The notes beneath the pieces were generated by a model that worked only from the letters and a program-made list of their open reading frames with translations, made no database searches and was not told where the DNA came from. The position numbers and the translations under genes were made by a program. Shown here one piece after another: positions 45,345 through 61,072 of a DNA stretch of 64,000 nucleotides. The DNA comes from Acidobacteriota bacterium (GTDB lineage Bacteria; Acidobacteriota; Blastocatellia; Pyrinomonadales; Pyrinomonadaceae), in NCBI GenBank assembly GCA_038040505.1, contig JBBPID010000014.1:8588-72587 (forward strand). Direction: 5' to 3'. Positions within the stretch are counted from its first letter, which is position 1, and every line of letters begins with the position of its first letter.

Positions 45345-46391
45345 TTAACGAACCACGACGCCGATGTTTGCTATGGTTGCGCCTTTCGTCATCGAAGGGA
45401 CTGCGCAAATGTACAGCACGACTCCCGCGACCGGCGCTCGGGCTTCGAAGATTACCCGGCCGAGATAATCGGTCACATAACCAACTTTCATTCCCTGCCC
45501 AACATACGTCCCGCGTTTGGCAAGCGGGTAGAACATGCCGGTTTGTTCGCTCGCCAGGGTCACAACTTTTTCGATCCAGACCGGATGCTCAATAACTGCT
45601 GGAGCGCCCGGTAGCATTTTCAAGTATCGCATCACGCTCAGGCAGCCGTTCACGAGGGCATTGAGATCGTCAGTCTCGACGGTGCCGGCGTGTCCGGCCT
45701 CGGCGGTGATCGATGGCTTGCCGCGCGTGGTGGCAGTGTTCTCCAGGTAGCGGGAAGCCTGCGGGTCTTTTGGCCGGTCGGCTGAGATAATGATGTGATC
45801 GAGACCGAACGCCAAAACCATCTCGCGCGAAATCTGATCCTGCTTTTCGTTTCCGGTCTTCGTCCAATAACTGTAAGGCCTTAGGCTCTCGTCCGTGTCT
45901 CCACCGTGTAAATCGATTAAGTGATCGCATTGCTCGACCACATGTTTGGTGATGAGATATGACGCACGTTCGGTCTGGGTGCCGTCGATCTTGCCGGGGT
46001 AGAAACGATTCATGCTCTTCTTGTCCACGGGGTTAATGTGCGGCACTTTTTGTTCGAAAGACTGAATATTGATGAGCGGCACGATGATGACCGTGCCCGA
46101 AACCTCCGCCGGATTGAGCATCCCGATCAGTTTCCCCAGCGCAATGATCGATGCGTATTCGGTTCCGTGCGAACCCGCAACCAGCGCCAGCACCGGTCCT
46201 GGCTTCGCGCCGTGAACTACAGCAACTGGAATGCTCAAGGCCGGGTCAACTCCCGCGGGAACCTCGATCGCGCCCGTCACCTTCTGCCCGCGCGCAGCGG
46301 TCACGGTACCAACGGTAAATGTCTGGCGATCCTGTGCCGGGGTTAGTACACCAGTAACCAGTAAGAAAAGTAATAGAAAAACTGATCGCAT
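45345..46391 (-). CDS. Secreted succinylglutamate desuccinylase/aspartoacylase (AstE/AspA, M14-like) family protein
   Basis: 348 aa with a signal peptide. Zn-ligand-like motifs AGSHGTEYAS and LIDLHGGD. Confidence 0.78.
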   Translation of the reverse strand: MRSVFLLLFLLVTGVLTPAQDRQTFTVGTVTAARGQKVTGAIEVPAGVDPALSIPVAVVHGAKPGPVLALVAGSHGTEYASIIALGKLIGMLNPAEVSGTVIIVPLINIQSFEQKVPHINPVDKKSMNRFYPGKIDGTQTERASYLITKHVVEQCDHLIDLHGGDTDESLRPYSYWTKTGNEKQDQISREMVLAFGLDHIIISADRPKDPQASRYLENTATTRGKPSITAEAGHAGTVETDDLNALVNGCLSVMRYLKMLPGAPAVIEHPVWIEKVVTLASEQTGMFYPLAKRGTYVGQGMKVGYVTDYLGRVIFEARAPVAGVVLYICAVPSMTKGATIANIGVVVR

Positions 46392-46436
46392 TTTCTCGTC
46401 CTTTGCTTTCGCGAATCTGAAACAGAATTATTCGAC

Positions 46437-47798
46437 TCAGCGCGTCCATCTTCCATTCGGAATGCGTACGGGGCCCGGATGAAAGAACTTCTCAGGCGTC
46501 ATGACTCCATCTTTCTTGAAGACCATTCCGTTCTTCATGACAAACTGAACGTTGCGCAATGCGTCAATGTCGGTGAGCGGGTCGCCCGAAACGGCGATTA
46601 AATCGGCAAAGAGTCCCGGTTTGATTGGGCCACGTTGGCTGATAACGTCAGCCGCCTTGTAGCCGTTTATGGTTATTGCGTACAGGATGTCGCGCGCTGG
46701 AATGTTCGCGGCTTTCCATGTGTCCAGAAACGCAATCGTCATTTCGCCGCGGGTCAGCCATTCTCCGGTTTTCTCGTCCTTCATCCGATCGTTCCAGTAA
46801 TCGAAGTCGGTTGAAAATGTCAGCGGCGTCTTTTTCTCCCAAGCATCGCGCAGTTTGGCGACGGTAACCTTGAAGGCTGCCTCGCTGCCACGATATTTGG
46901 TGAAAGGCGTATCCGTGCCGGCAAGGAAAATTCCTTTCTCCGCCATCTGCCGGTGGTGCTCCGGCGTCAATGCGTTACCGTGAGCGATGATATAGATGCC
47001 TGCGTCGATCGCTCGCTGCGCGCCCTCAGGTGTTTGGACGTGGCCTTCAACTTTGCAACCACCCTTGGCAGCTTCTCTGATCGCCAGTCTGATATCCTCA
47101 GTCGAATAGCCCCAGGGTTTGCAGTCAATGCACAGCTTTATGGTGCGGGCGCCGAACAACATGTTCTGTCGAATTGCTTTGACGATTTCGTCAGGACTGT
47201 CCGCATCGATGTACTCGGGGAACATGATGTTGTGCTGTTTGTACATTTCCGGCGTCGGCCAAAACTGGCCGCCGGTGCTGCCTATCATGGGCCCAGACGG
47301 GATCACCGTTGGTCCGGGCAGCCAACCCTGCTCGATAGCCTGGCGCAGCGCGGTGTCAGCATAGAAAGCGTTATTTCCTACGTCGCGAATCACGGTGAAA
47401 CCCGAACTGAGGAGCTGAATGCCGTTGGACGCAGCTTGAATCGCGCGTAGCGGCGAAGACTCCATTACGTAGGTGAGGTAGTAGTAATTGTTCTCCGGCT
47501 GCTCCTTGTAGGTGATCGCCATATGCGTGTGCGCATCGACCAGGCCGGGCAGCACCGTCAGCTTTGACAGATCGATTACCGTGGCGCCGGCAGGAATGGC
47601 GAGATTGGCGCCGACGGCCTTTATTTTTTCGCCTTCAATAATGATTACCTGGTTGGCTGCGGCGGTTCCGGTTTCCGGATCGATCAGGCGACCGGCCTTG
47701 ATCGCAGTCACTGGCGCCGATTGAGTTTGGGCAAGAGCTGCCTCTGCGAGCGTCATGCCCACGAGCAGGCACGTCAGTCTGACAATAAGCTTGCGCAC
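46437..47798 (-). CDS. Secreted metal-dependent amidohydrolase
   Basis: 453 aa, GTG start after AAGGAGG, with a signal peptide. LPGLVDAHTHM is the HxH metal motif of the amidohydrolase superfamily. Confidence 0.85.
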   Translation of the reverse strand: MRKLIVRLTCLLVGMTLAEAALAQTQSAPVTAIKAGRLIDPETGTAAANQVIIIEGEKIKAVGANLAIPAGATVIDLSKLTVLPGLVDAHTHMAITYKEQPENNYYYLTYVMESSPLRAIQAASNGIQLLSSGFTVIRDVGNNAFYADTALRQAIEQGWLPGPTVIPSGPMIGSTGGQFWPTPEMYKQHNIMFPEYIDADSPDEIVKAIRQNMLFGARTIKLCIDCKPWGYSTEDIRLAIREAAKGGCKVEGHVQTPEGAQRAIDAGIYIIAHGNALTPEHHRQMAEKGIFLAGTDTPFTKYRGSEAAFKVTVAKLRDAWEKKTPLTFSTDFDYWNDRMKDEKTGEWLTRGEMTIAFLDTWKAANIPARDILYAITINGYKAADVISQRGPIKPGLFADLIAVSGDPLTDIDALRNVQFVMKNGMVFKKDGVMTPEKFFHPGPVRIPNGRWTR

Positions 47799-47887
47799 GG
47801 CTTTACCTCCTTTGTGAATACGAGCGTGTCGTCGGTCTCAACTCGATGGCATCGGGGGCAGCGTCTCATAGACGTGGAGCGCTTGCG

Positions 47888-49636
47888 CTACTTGCTGATC
47901 CCCACACGTCGTTCCAGAGCGCTCCAGCGCGGGTCACTATGCAGTGACTCCATTAAGGGTTCGAGCTTTAGGAACACAAGAAAAACACTGCGATCCTCAA
48001 AAGCCTTTTCCAGCCAGGCGAACGCTTTTTCTCTATCATCCAGACCTGCGTAGACTACGACCAGGTCACGACCATCGGCTTGCCTGTCCGCATGTCGTTT
48101 TTCCAGTTCTTTGATGACTGAGTCGGCCTCGCTTCGCTGTCCCAACCTGGCATAGACATGTCCTAATAAAGCCAAAGAGGCATTGGATCTGCCGGCCAGT
48201 TGGGTGCTTTTTTGAGCTTCCGACAGCGCCTCTGCATAACGCCCTTGCTTGATCAGCACGATCCCCAGTGTTTGGTGCGCCGCCCAAAAAGCAGGATCGA
48301 GATCGATCATTCGCTGACATTCCCTGGTAGCCGAATTCAGGTCGCCTCGATCGATGTATTGCTCCGCGAGATTGTTGATGATCACCAGCGACAATGGATC
48401 GAGTTCTTCTGCCCGTTTAATCTCACGAAAGGCCTCGTCCGTTCGTCCGAGGCCGCGGAGATGGCGTGAATACCAGTGGTGGGCCGTTGGATAATTTGGA
48501 TTAAGCCCAATCGCCCGGCGAAACTCTTTTTCCGCGGTCGCCTGGTCCCAGTCCAATAACCAGATAACGAATCCAAGGGTGGCGTGCGGTTCCGCCAGCG
48601 TCGGATCGAGCTCGATGGCCTTGGCCGCATAAGTTTTTGCCAGGGGCATTAGTTCGCGAGGGCGCTCACCAACGTAGTAATAAGAGACGGCATAGCAGTC
48701 GGCCAGCCCGGCATATGCGAGGGCGAAATTCGGGTCCTTTTCGGTAGCTGCTTTCAGGAGCTCAGTAGCTTTTTTCAGGTTTCCCGACGACCGCTTGTTC
48801 CAGAAATACCGGCCCTGAAGATAAAGCTGGTAAGCCTCGTTGTTGCTCGTATATTGCGTCGCGATTCCTTTCCCACCCTCACCGGAAAGTCGCACCCGAA
48901 GCTTGTCGGCAATCGCCGCCGTAATCTCCTGTTGGGTGGCCAGCAGGTCCGACATCTTTCGCTGAAACTGGTCTCCCCAGAGCGTCTTCTTATTCCTGAC
49001 GTCGATCAGATCCACGCTGATCACCAGGTCGTCTCCGCGCTGAATCAACCGGCCAGTCATGACGGCATCGACGCCCAACTCTTCGCCAATTTTCTCGGGG
49101 TCCATTTGCTTCCCTTTGTAACGGAATACTGAGCTGCGTGGCGTGACCTTGAGATTTGACACCTGAGAGAGGCGGTAGATGAGCGATTCCGCCAGACCAT
49201 CCGACAGATATTCCGATTCGGCGTTGCCACTCGCGTTTTCAAAGGGCAGGACCGCAACCGACTCGATGCCGTGGTCGCTTCTTGAAGCGCTGAGTCTTCT
49301 GGCGATGAAAACCCCACCGACGCCTATGGCGAGCAGCACAACTGCTGCGATGGCCACGAGCACAGCTTTCCGGGACCGCGGTTTTGACAATTCGCGCGTG
49401 TCGCCCATCGACGGTTGAGGAAGGGAAGTCGTTGGTCCCGTCGCGCGGCCGGCGTTGGCCTGAGTGTGGTGAGGAAGAATACTTGTATGAACTTCACTTG
49501 AATCAGCAGCGAGCTGCGCCGTTCCTGCTTCGGTTGCGATCGGTGCTGAGTCGCTAACCAACGTCGCGCCGTCAGCTCGACAGAACTTCAGCGCTTCGTC
49601 TGTTTCAATGCGATGACATTGGGGGCAGCGTTTCAT
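47888..49636 (-). CDS. Zinc-ribbon-like / TM / TolB-N-like / TPR sensor-type protein
   Basis: 582 aa. N-terminus MKRCPQCHRIETDEALKFCRADG, TM helix AVLVAIAAVVLLAIGVGGVFIA, then IAVLPFENASGNAESEYLSDGLAESLIYRLS...VDLIDVRNKKTLW, then TPRs. Confidence 0.8.
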   Translation of the reverse strand: MKRCPQCHRIETDEALKFCRADGATLVSDSAPIATEAGTAQLAADSSEVHTSILPHHTQANAGRATGPTTSLPQPSMGDTRELSKPRSRKAVLVAIAAVVLLAIGVGGVFIARRLSASRSDHGIESVAVLPFENASGNAESEYLSDGLAESLIYRLSQVSNLKVTPRSSVFRYKGKQMDPEKIGEELGVDAVMTGRLIQRGDDLVISVDLIDVRNKKTLWGDQFQRKMSDLLATQQEITAAIADKLRVRLSGEGGKGIATQYTSNNEAYQLYLQGRYFWNKRSSGNLKKATELLKAATEKDPNFALAYAGLADCYAVSYYYVGERPRELMPLAKTYAAKAIELDPTLAEPHATLGFVIWLLDWDQATAEKEFRRAIGLNPNYPTAHHWYSRHLRGLGRTDEAFREIKRAEELDPLSLVIINNLAEQYIDRGDLNSATRECQRMIDLDPAFWAAHQTLGIVLIKQGRYAEALSEAQKSTQLAGRSNASLALLGHVYARLGQRSEADSVIKELEKRHADRQADGRDLVVVYAGLDDREKAFAWLEKAFEDRSVFLVFLKLEPLMESLHSDPRWSALERRVGISK

Positions 49637-49645
49637 AGTTTACTG

Positions 49646-49680
49646 AATCATTGCATCATTACATCATTGACTCAATGATT
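49646..49680. repeat. Short octamer array (ATCATTNN)3 with a complementary unit
   Basis: aatcattg catcatta catcattg ac tcaatgat t. It overlaps the stop codon of the 49672 gene. Confidence 0.75.
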
Positions 49681-50035
49681 CCCTTCTGATTCCGTGTCCC
49701 ACAGTTTGCTGACGATCCACCATCGCTCCCCATGCTTTAGTAAATGGAAGTAATCAATCACCGCCTCCTCGTGTGTTTCGCGAACTTTTGCCGACGCTAC
49801 TCGGCCGGTGATCTCTAACGACAGAGTTTCGCAGTCGAAAGCCTCTCCAGTTGTGACAGGCGCGGGATTTGAGTTGACCCATTCATACAATCCCTCGATG
49901 GGTGCCGCAATCATCTCATCGCCGAGGTAACCGCAGAGTACCGCTTGCTGATGAAAGCCTTGTCTCAGTACTTCAACGTTGCCCGTTCTCATTCCTTCAA
50001 TGTAGTAGTTTATCGCTTCGCGAATGCCATTCTCG

Positions 50036-50052
<17 letters not shown>
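49672..50052 (-). CDS. NTF2/SnoaL-like fold protein
   Basis: 126 aa, with a pattern typical of small NTF2-like (lumazine-binding/SnoaL-like) proteins. The start overlaps the 3' end of the giant kinase gene by 17 nt. Confidence 0.65.
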
Positions 50053-56164
<6,112 letters not shown>

Positions 56165-56295
56165 CGACCTGTCGAATTCATTTCGGTATTCCCATTATTT
56201 TTCGCTAAATCCTTGAATCGCGACAGCCCATAAACCGATCACATCGGGACGCCTGTGGTGAGCTTTTCGCAAGGACTCGTGTAGATTTCCAGTCC

Positions 56296-56862
56296 TCAGT
56301 TCATTCCATGCGCCTCAGGGATTGGCGACGCCGGACCCACTGGCATCGTCAGCAGTTGTTGCTCCGGAACGCCGCTGCGGTACTGTGCGAGCAGACTCTC
56401 AGGATCAATTTCTACCCCGGCGGGATTCGCGGCGAAGGCTTCAGTCTGCATGTAGGCGTTGGCCTCTTCCACACTGCAAGCATCGACTTGAAACTCCATT
56501 CGATTGCCGTCCGGGTCCTGGTAATAGAGCGAGACCGTGATTCCGTGGTGGATGCGCCAGTAAGGCAGCACGCCCATCTCTTTAAGTCGCTCGTAGGTCG
56601 TCAACAGATCCCCCAGATTCGCGTAGGTGTAAGCGACGTGGTTTACGCCTTCCTTGCCGCGCGGTGCGACCGCGCTGGCCGGACTGAGCAGGGACAAGTT
56701 AGCGAACGCGAAGCGATGATGTTCGTCGTCGTAGGTAAGAAAAGCGAATGCCGGATTTTGATATGCCACTTTCGCCTCGAAGACTGTCTGATACCAGTCA
56801 ACCATTTCCTCGAACCGCCGGGTGCTGTAAACGACGTGTGCGAATTTCGAAGGCTTTGCCAT
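56296..56862 (-). CDS. VOC-superfamily protein (glyoxalase / small extradiol-dioxygenase-like)
   Basis: 188 aa. FAHVVYSTRRFEEMVDWYQTVFEA ... GVNHVAYTY ... SLYYQDPDGNRMEF is the paired beta-alpha-beta-beta-beta pattern with His/Glu metal ligand candidates. Confidence 0.78.
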   Translation of the reverse strand: MAKPSKFAHVVYSTRRFEEMVDWYQTVFEAKVAYQNPAFAFLTYDDEHHRFAFANLSLLSPASAVAPRGKEGVNHVAYTYANLGDLLTTYERLKEMGVLPYWRIHHGITVSLYYQDPDGNRMEFQVDACSVEEANAYMQTEAFAANPAGVEIDPESLLAQYRSGVPEQQLLTMPVGPASPIPEAHGMN

Positions 56863-56895
56863 TATTCTTCCTTTCTCATCGAGTTAAGTGTCATG

Positions 56896-56981
56896 AAATT
56901 GATTCATTGATCCATTAGTTCATTGAATCAATGAGTCAATGAACCAATGGATCAATGAACCAATGAACCAATGAATCAATG
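56896..56981. repeat. Octamer array (CATTGANN)4 followed by (CAATGANN)7
   Basis: aaattgat tcattgat ccattagt tcattgaa tcaatgag tcaatgaa ccaatgga tcaatgaa ccaatgaa ccaatgaa tcaatg. It fills the gap between two co-directional genes. Confidence 0.9.
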
Positions 56982-56983
56982 TT

Positions 56984-59965
56984 TCACTTGAGTTTTTCTT
57001 GCTCTCGCCTGGCCTCTTGTAGCAAAGGAAGGTCGGGGTCTGCATCTTTCCAGAGCGCGAATAAATCCTGGTATGCGTGGCGCGCGCGATCGGTGTCCCC
57101 GTTGAGCGCGGCGGCGCGGGCGAGTCCTAAATGCGCGAGCGCGTATAAAGGAGAGGTCGGCTGCGAGCCCCGGTGGTCCAGGATCTTTTGAAATTCGGCT
57201 GCCGCCTCTGTCCCCTTTTTCTGATTGAGGAATGACTGACCGCGCAGGTAGGCGATCTGGAAAAGGGCGTATCCTTCGTAGGGCCTGGTTGTCTCTAATA
57301 ACTGAATTGCCTCAGCCGGGTTGTTCCTCTGCAATTCAATGCGGGCCTGGACCAGCGGAATCAGAACTTTATGGAGCACGGTGTCTGTCGGAGAGCGCTT
57401 GCCCAATTCCGCGATAACACTTTGGGCCTGAGTAAATTCGCCGCAGGCCGCCAGTGCGTTCGCCACATTGGCCAGCGTCACTTCCCGGCGCGTGAGCTCG
57501 ACCGCCTTCGTAGTCTCGGCTTTCACCCGCGCGCAATCACCGAAAAGAGCGTCCCGACCCGCAGCCGCCACAGCGATCTGAGCCGCAACGTCTTTCAGTT
57601 CGCGACCCTCAGCAGATTCCCGGGCGCTCTGCGAAAACTGCTGGGACTTTTGCAATTGGCCTGAGAACGCAGCAGTCTCAGATTGCCAACCCTGGCCAAG
57701 ATACTCGTCCGGCTTTCCGTTCAACCAGTCGATCTGTTGCTGCATCGTCGCCGGATCACCCTGAACAAAAGCAATTCGATAGAGGGTTCGGCGCATGGCC
57801 GTGGTTTCCAGCTTCTGCGATTGTGCCTGGCTGATTATCTGCTTAGCCTCGTCAAAGCGATTGAGGCCAACGAGGGCCGCAGCCAAAAGCGAGTAGCCGG
57901 AAGCCGAACTGGGGTTGAGGCGCATTGCCGCCCGCGCCTCTGGGTCAGCTTTTTCGAACTGGCCCAGCTCGTTGTATTTGACAGCGAGATTGTTAGGGGG
58001 TGATGCATCGCGCGGATACGTCTGCTTCCAGAGCTCCAACGTCTCGATATATTTTTCTACCTCTCCGGTCACGTTGTCGTAATGACCGGCCGAAATGTAG
58101 AGTTTTTCGCGCTCGCTGACTCGATCGCGCAACTCGAAAGCTTTCTGCGACGCCGCGGCGGCAAGGTCATACTGCCTCAGCGTGTAGTACATCGACGACA
58201 TCCGGGCATAAGCGAGTGCGAAATTAGGATCTATTTCCGTCGCGCGTTTAAGCATGGGAATAGCATCGAGGTATTTGCCTTTCAATTGCTGCTCAACTCC
58301 CAGCGAGAAGGCTTTGAGGGCTTCCAGCGAAGAGGTGGTGCCCTGTTCAATCGGCGCGTCGAACTTCTGAATTGACTGCAGCGACTCGCCCAGCCTTTCT
58401 CTTAACTGCGTCGCTGCTTCGCCAAGGGCATGAAGCACTTGCTCCTTGTTTTCAGCTTCCGCCTGTTCGTGGGCTATTACGTCACCTGTCTGGGCGTTGA
58501 TCGCTTCCAGCGTGATCACGTAATGGTTTCCCAGACTAACGATCGAACCTGCCAGGAGTGCTTTTAATCCCTGACGCTGGGAAATTTCCCGGGCCACGTC
58601 TTTCGTCACTCGCTCGTCAGGTGAGCGACCCATGAACCTGAGCGCTTCCCGCACCCGTTCTTCTGATAAAATGTTGAGAAAAGGGGACTGGGCGAGTTGG
58701 ACCGCCAGGGCCTGCCTGAGCGTTCCGTCAAAGACCGGATCGCCGGTAGTGTTCACAAAGTCAGCCAGAAGAACCGTGTCCCTGTCGGTCAGGGTGGCGC
58801 CTTTGCGAGAAGGCCAGAAGAAGATGATCGCCACCACGATTAAGGCCAGGGCCAGCGCGATAATCGCAAATCGGGTTTTATGCCGTTTGATCTTTGCGAC
58901 GATGTCTTCTGCGCTCGAGGCGCGGGTATGTTCAGCGACGGGCGGGACACTCGGCTTGGTCTGCCCGGGAATCATCGTGTCGAACTGCGGCAGCGTGCGG
59001 GTAGTGCCGGTGTCGGTTAGCGCTGACCCCGGCACACTCAGCGAGCCCGTCAAACTGTCGGGGGCCATCGAGCGCTCAAGCTCGGTTTCAAACTCGAGCC
59101 TTTGTCTCAGCTTCCTTAGATCGGTTTCCAGCTCCCTGACAGTCTGATAGCGCTCGTCGGCGTTTTTCCGCAACGCTTTCGTTACAATCCAATCAAACTC
59201 AGCCGGCACGCTGGGAGCGAAGCGCGCGATCGGCAGCGGATCGCTTTTCGCAATCGCCACGATGACATCGGTCCTGGTGACGCCGCCGAACGGCTTTCGG
59301 CCAGCTGCCATTTCGTACAGCACGACCCCCAGACTCCAGATATCGGTGCGCGCATCTATCTGTCTGCCGCGCGTCTGTTCAGGAGACATGTATTGCGATG
59401 TTCCTACCACGATCCCGGCATCGGTTTGCACCCGGACGCGCGTCACCGCTTCGGTGTCAGGTTCGTCCGCTGAGAGAGACGCTTCAGTCAGTTTGGCAAG
59501 GCCAAAGTCGAGTACCTTCACGTGACCGTTGCGCCGGACCATTATGTTCTCAGGTTTGATGTCGCGATGAATGATGCCCGCCGCGTGCGCTTCCTCTAAG
59601 GCGGCGGCTATTTGAATCGCGATATTCATAACCTCCGGGAAATCCATGGGCGCGCCTTTGAGATGTTCCCTGAGCGTCACCCCGTCAATGAATTCGGTGG
59701 CAATGAAGTGCCGGCCATCTTCGTCGCCCATTTCATAAATCGTGATGATGTTCGGGTGATTGAGCGCCGAAGCAGACTGCGCTTCCTGATCGAAACGGGT
59801 TAGCCGAGCGCGGTTCTTGGTCAATTCTTCGGCCAGCACTTTCAATGCGACCTTACGACCGAGTTGCTTGTCTTCAGCCAGGTACACCTCGCCCATGCCG
59901 CCGGCCCCGATTTTCGAGACGATGCGATAATGGGAAAGAGTTGTGTCAGGCGATAGTTCGTCCAT
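56984..59965 (-). CDS. Membrane Ser/Thr protein kinase with extracytoplasmic TolB-N-like/TPR sensor
   Basis: 993 aa. Kinase motifs GAGGMGEVYLA, VALKVL, HRDIKPENIM, DFGLA and YMSPEQ. TM helix FAIIALALALIVVAIIFFW, then VLLADFVNTTGDPVFDGTLRQALAVQLAQS...LEAINAQTGDVIA, then TPRs. Confidence 0.9.
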   Translation of the reverse strand: MDELSPDTTLSHYRIVSKIGAGGMGEVYLAEDKQLGRKVALKVLAEELTKNRARLTRFDQEAQSASALNHPNIITIYEMGDEDGRHFIATEFIDGVTLREHLKGAPMDFPEVMNIAIQIAAALEEAHAAGIIHRDIKPENIMVRRNGHVKVLDFGLAKLTEASLSADEPDTEAVTRVRVQTDAGIVVGTSQYMSPEQTRGRQIDARTDIWSLGVVLYEMAAGRKPFGGVTRTDVIVAIAKSDPLPIARFAPSVPAEFDWIVTKALRKNADERYQTVRELETDLRKLRQRLEFETELERSMAPDSLTGSLSVPGSALTDTGTTRTLPQFDTMIPGQTKPSVPPVAEHTRASSAEDIVAKIKRHKTRFAIIALALALIVVAIIFFWPSRKGATLTDRDTVLLADFVNTTGDPVFDGTLRQALAVQLAQSPFLNILSEERVREALRFMGRSPDERVTKDVAREISQRQGLKALLAGSIVSLGNHYVITLEAINAQTGDVIAHEQAEAENKEQVLHALGEAATQLRERLGESLQSIQKFDAPIEQGTTSSLEALKAFSLGVEQQLKGKYLDAIPMLKRATEIDPNFALAYARMSSMYYTLRQYDLAAAASQKAFELRDRVSEREKLYISAGHYDNVTGEVEKYIETLELWKQTYPRDASPPNNLAVKYNELGQFEKADPEARAAMRLNPSSASGYSLLAAALVGLNRFDEAKQIISQAQSQKLETTAMRRTLYRIAFVQGDPATMQQQIDWLNGKPDEYLGQGWQSETAAFSGQLQKSQQFSQSARESAEGRELKDVAAQIAVAAAGRDALFGDCARVKAETTKAVELTRREVTLANVANALAACGEFTQAQSVIAELGKRSPTDTVLHKVLIPLVQARIELQRNNPAEAIQLLETTRPYEGYALFQIAYLRGQSFLNQKKGTEAAAEFQKILDHRGSQPTSPLYALAHLGLARAAALNGDTDRARHAYQDLFALWKDADPDLPLLQEARREQEKLK

Positions 59966-60004
59966 CAGCTTTTGATCGCCGAGCGTCGACCCGCGGTTCG
60001 ACCT

Positions 60005-60682
60005 CTAGACTGTTTCGACCGCCGTTTGCTGCCGGTTCTGGTTTATTGTTACAGGTGATCTGGCCGGGGCCGAAATGGCGGCGCGCAATTCCATCCAATT
60101 GTTGGCAATGTCTGCCAAAAGAATTGACATCGCGAGGCAAGTCCAAATGATGGCCTGCGCAATCTCGATGCTCAAAAGTTCCCAGCCGGTAACGCCCATA
60201 ACAAAGCGCCCGGTAATGAAGACCAGCGCGACGGCGTAACTTCGGGTCACCCACTGGCGATGTTGAAGAATCTTTCGCTTGTAAGCGAAGAGAAAGGCAA
60301 TGGCGGTGGTGACCATCAGCATGACGGCGTCTGTTGCCGCCAGAATTGAAAAGGAGCGGGGAAATCCCATGCGCTCCTGGTAGTACTGAATGTAAGCTCC
60401 CAACGGCGCCAGACCGAACGCTCCTACCACGTAAACCCTTCCAACGATGCGGTGCATACGGGTGAATCGCCGTCGCAGACGGTCAGAGAATTGCAGCGGG
60501 GCCAGCAACAGAACGGTCGCGCCAAAGATACCGTGTGGCAGCAGCCACCATTTGAAAGGCGCGTAGTGTGCCCAGATAGGATTCCCTGGTTCGATTAGAA
60601 AGCGTTCATTGTGATACAGCACATAGGCCATCATCACCGCAATCACGCCAAAGACAACATACTTCGCTTTGAATCTCGTCAT
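60005..60682 (-). CDS. Multi-pass membrane protein (DUF2306-like)
   Basis: Start set at ATG 60682, after GAGGAG; the longer ORF start runs into repeat A5. 225 aa with about 6 helices and the motif RMHRIVGRVY. Confidence 0.6.
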   Translation of the reverse strand: MTRFKAKYVVFGVIAVMMAYVLYHNERFLIEPGNPIWAHYAPFKWWLLPHGIFGATVLLLAPLQFSDRLRRRFTRMHRIVGRVYVVGAFGLAPLGAYIQYYQERMGFPRSFSILAATDAVMLMVTTAIAFLFAYKRKILQHRQWVTRSYAVALVFITGRFVMGVTGWELLSIEIAQAIIWTCLAMSILLADIANNWMELRAAISAPARSPVTINQNRQQTAVETV

Positions 60683-60715
60683 CAGCAACTCCTCTTTGCC
60701 ATTTCCATCTCCAGC

Positions 60716-60788
60716 AAGAACGATCCGCGAAATCCGAAACGTTCGAATCAACCACTTCTGCTTCGTGTAGTTTCGTGGATCGTCTTAT
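60716..60788. repeat. Family A copy 5 (degenerate)
   Basis: Arms aagaacgatccgcgaaatccgaaacg ... cttcgtgtagtttcgtggatcgtcttatc. Confidence 0.7.
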
Positions 60789-61072
60789 CTGAAGAAGGGC
60801 AACTCTCAGAATCAGACAGTAACATCAAGGCCGGCGGCGTGCCTCGTACTCTATCGACTCGGCAATCCGGTATTACTTGCCAGGGCCAGGAGCGCGCGAA
60901 TCTCTTTCGAAAAAGATTTGCTGAAGATGGCGGCTTGGAGATCGAGAAAAGGGAAGACCTCATAAGGGGGAAGGCCAATTAACGAAACATGCAAAATTAC
61001 AGGGGGATTCTAGCTGAGTTTCGACACTGAGCGCTAGCCAGTTTCCGCGAAGAATCGCTCCTGCCCTTGCGA

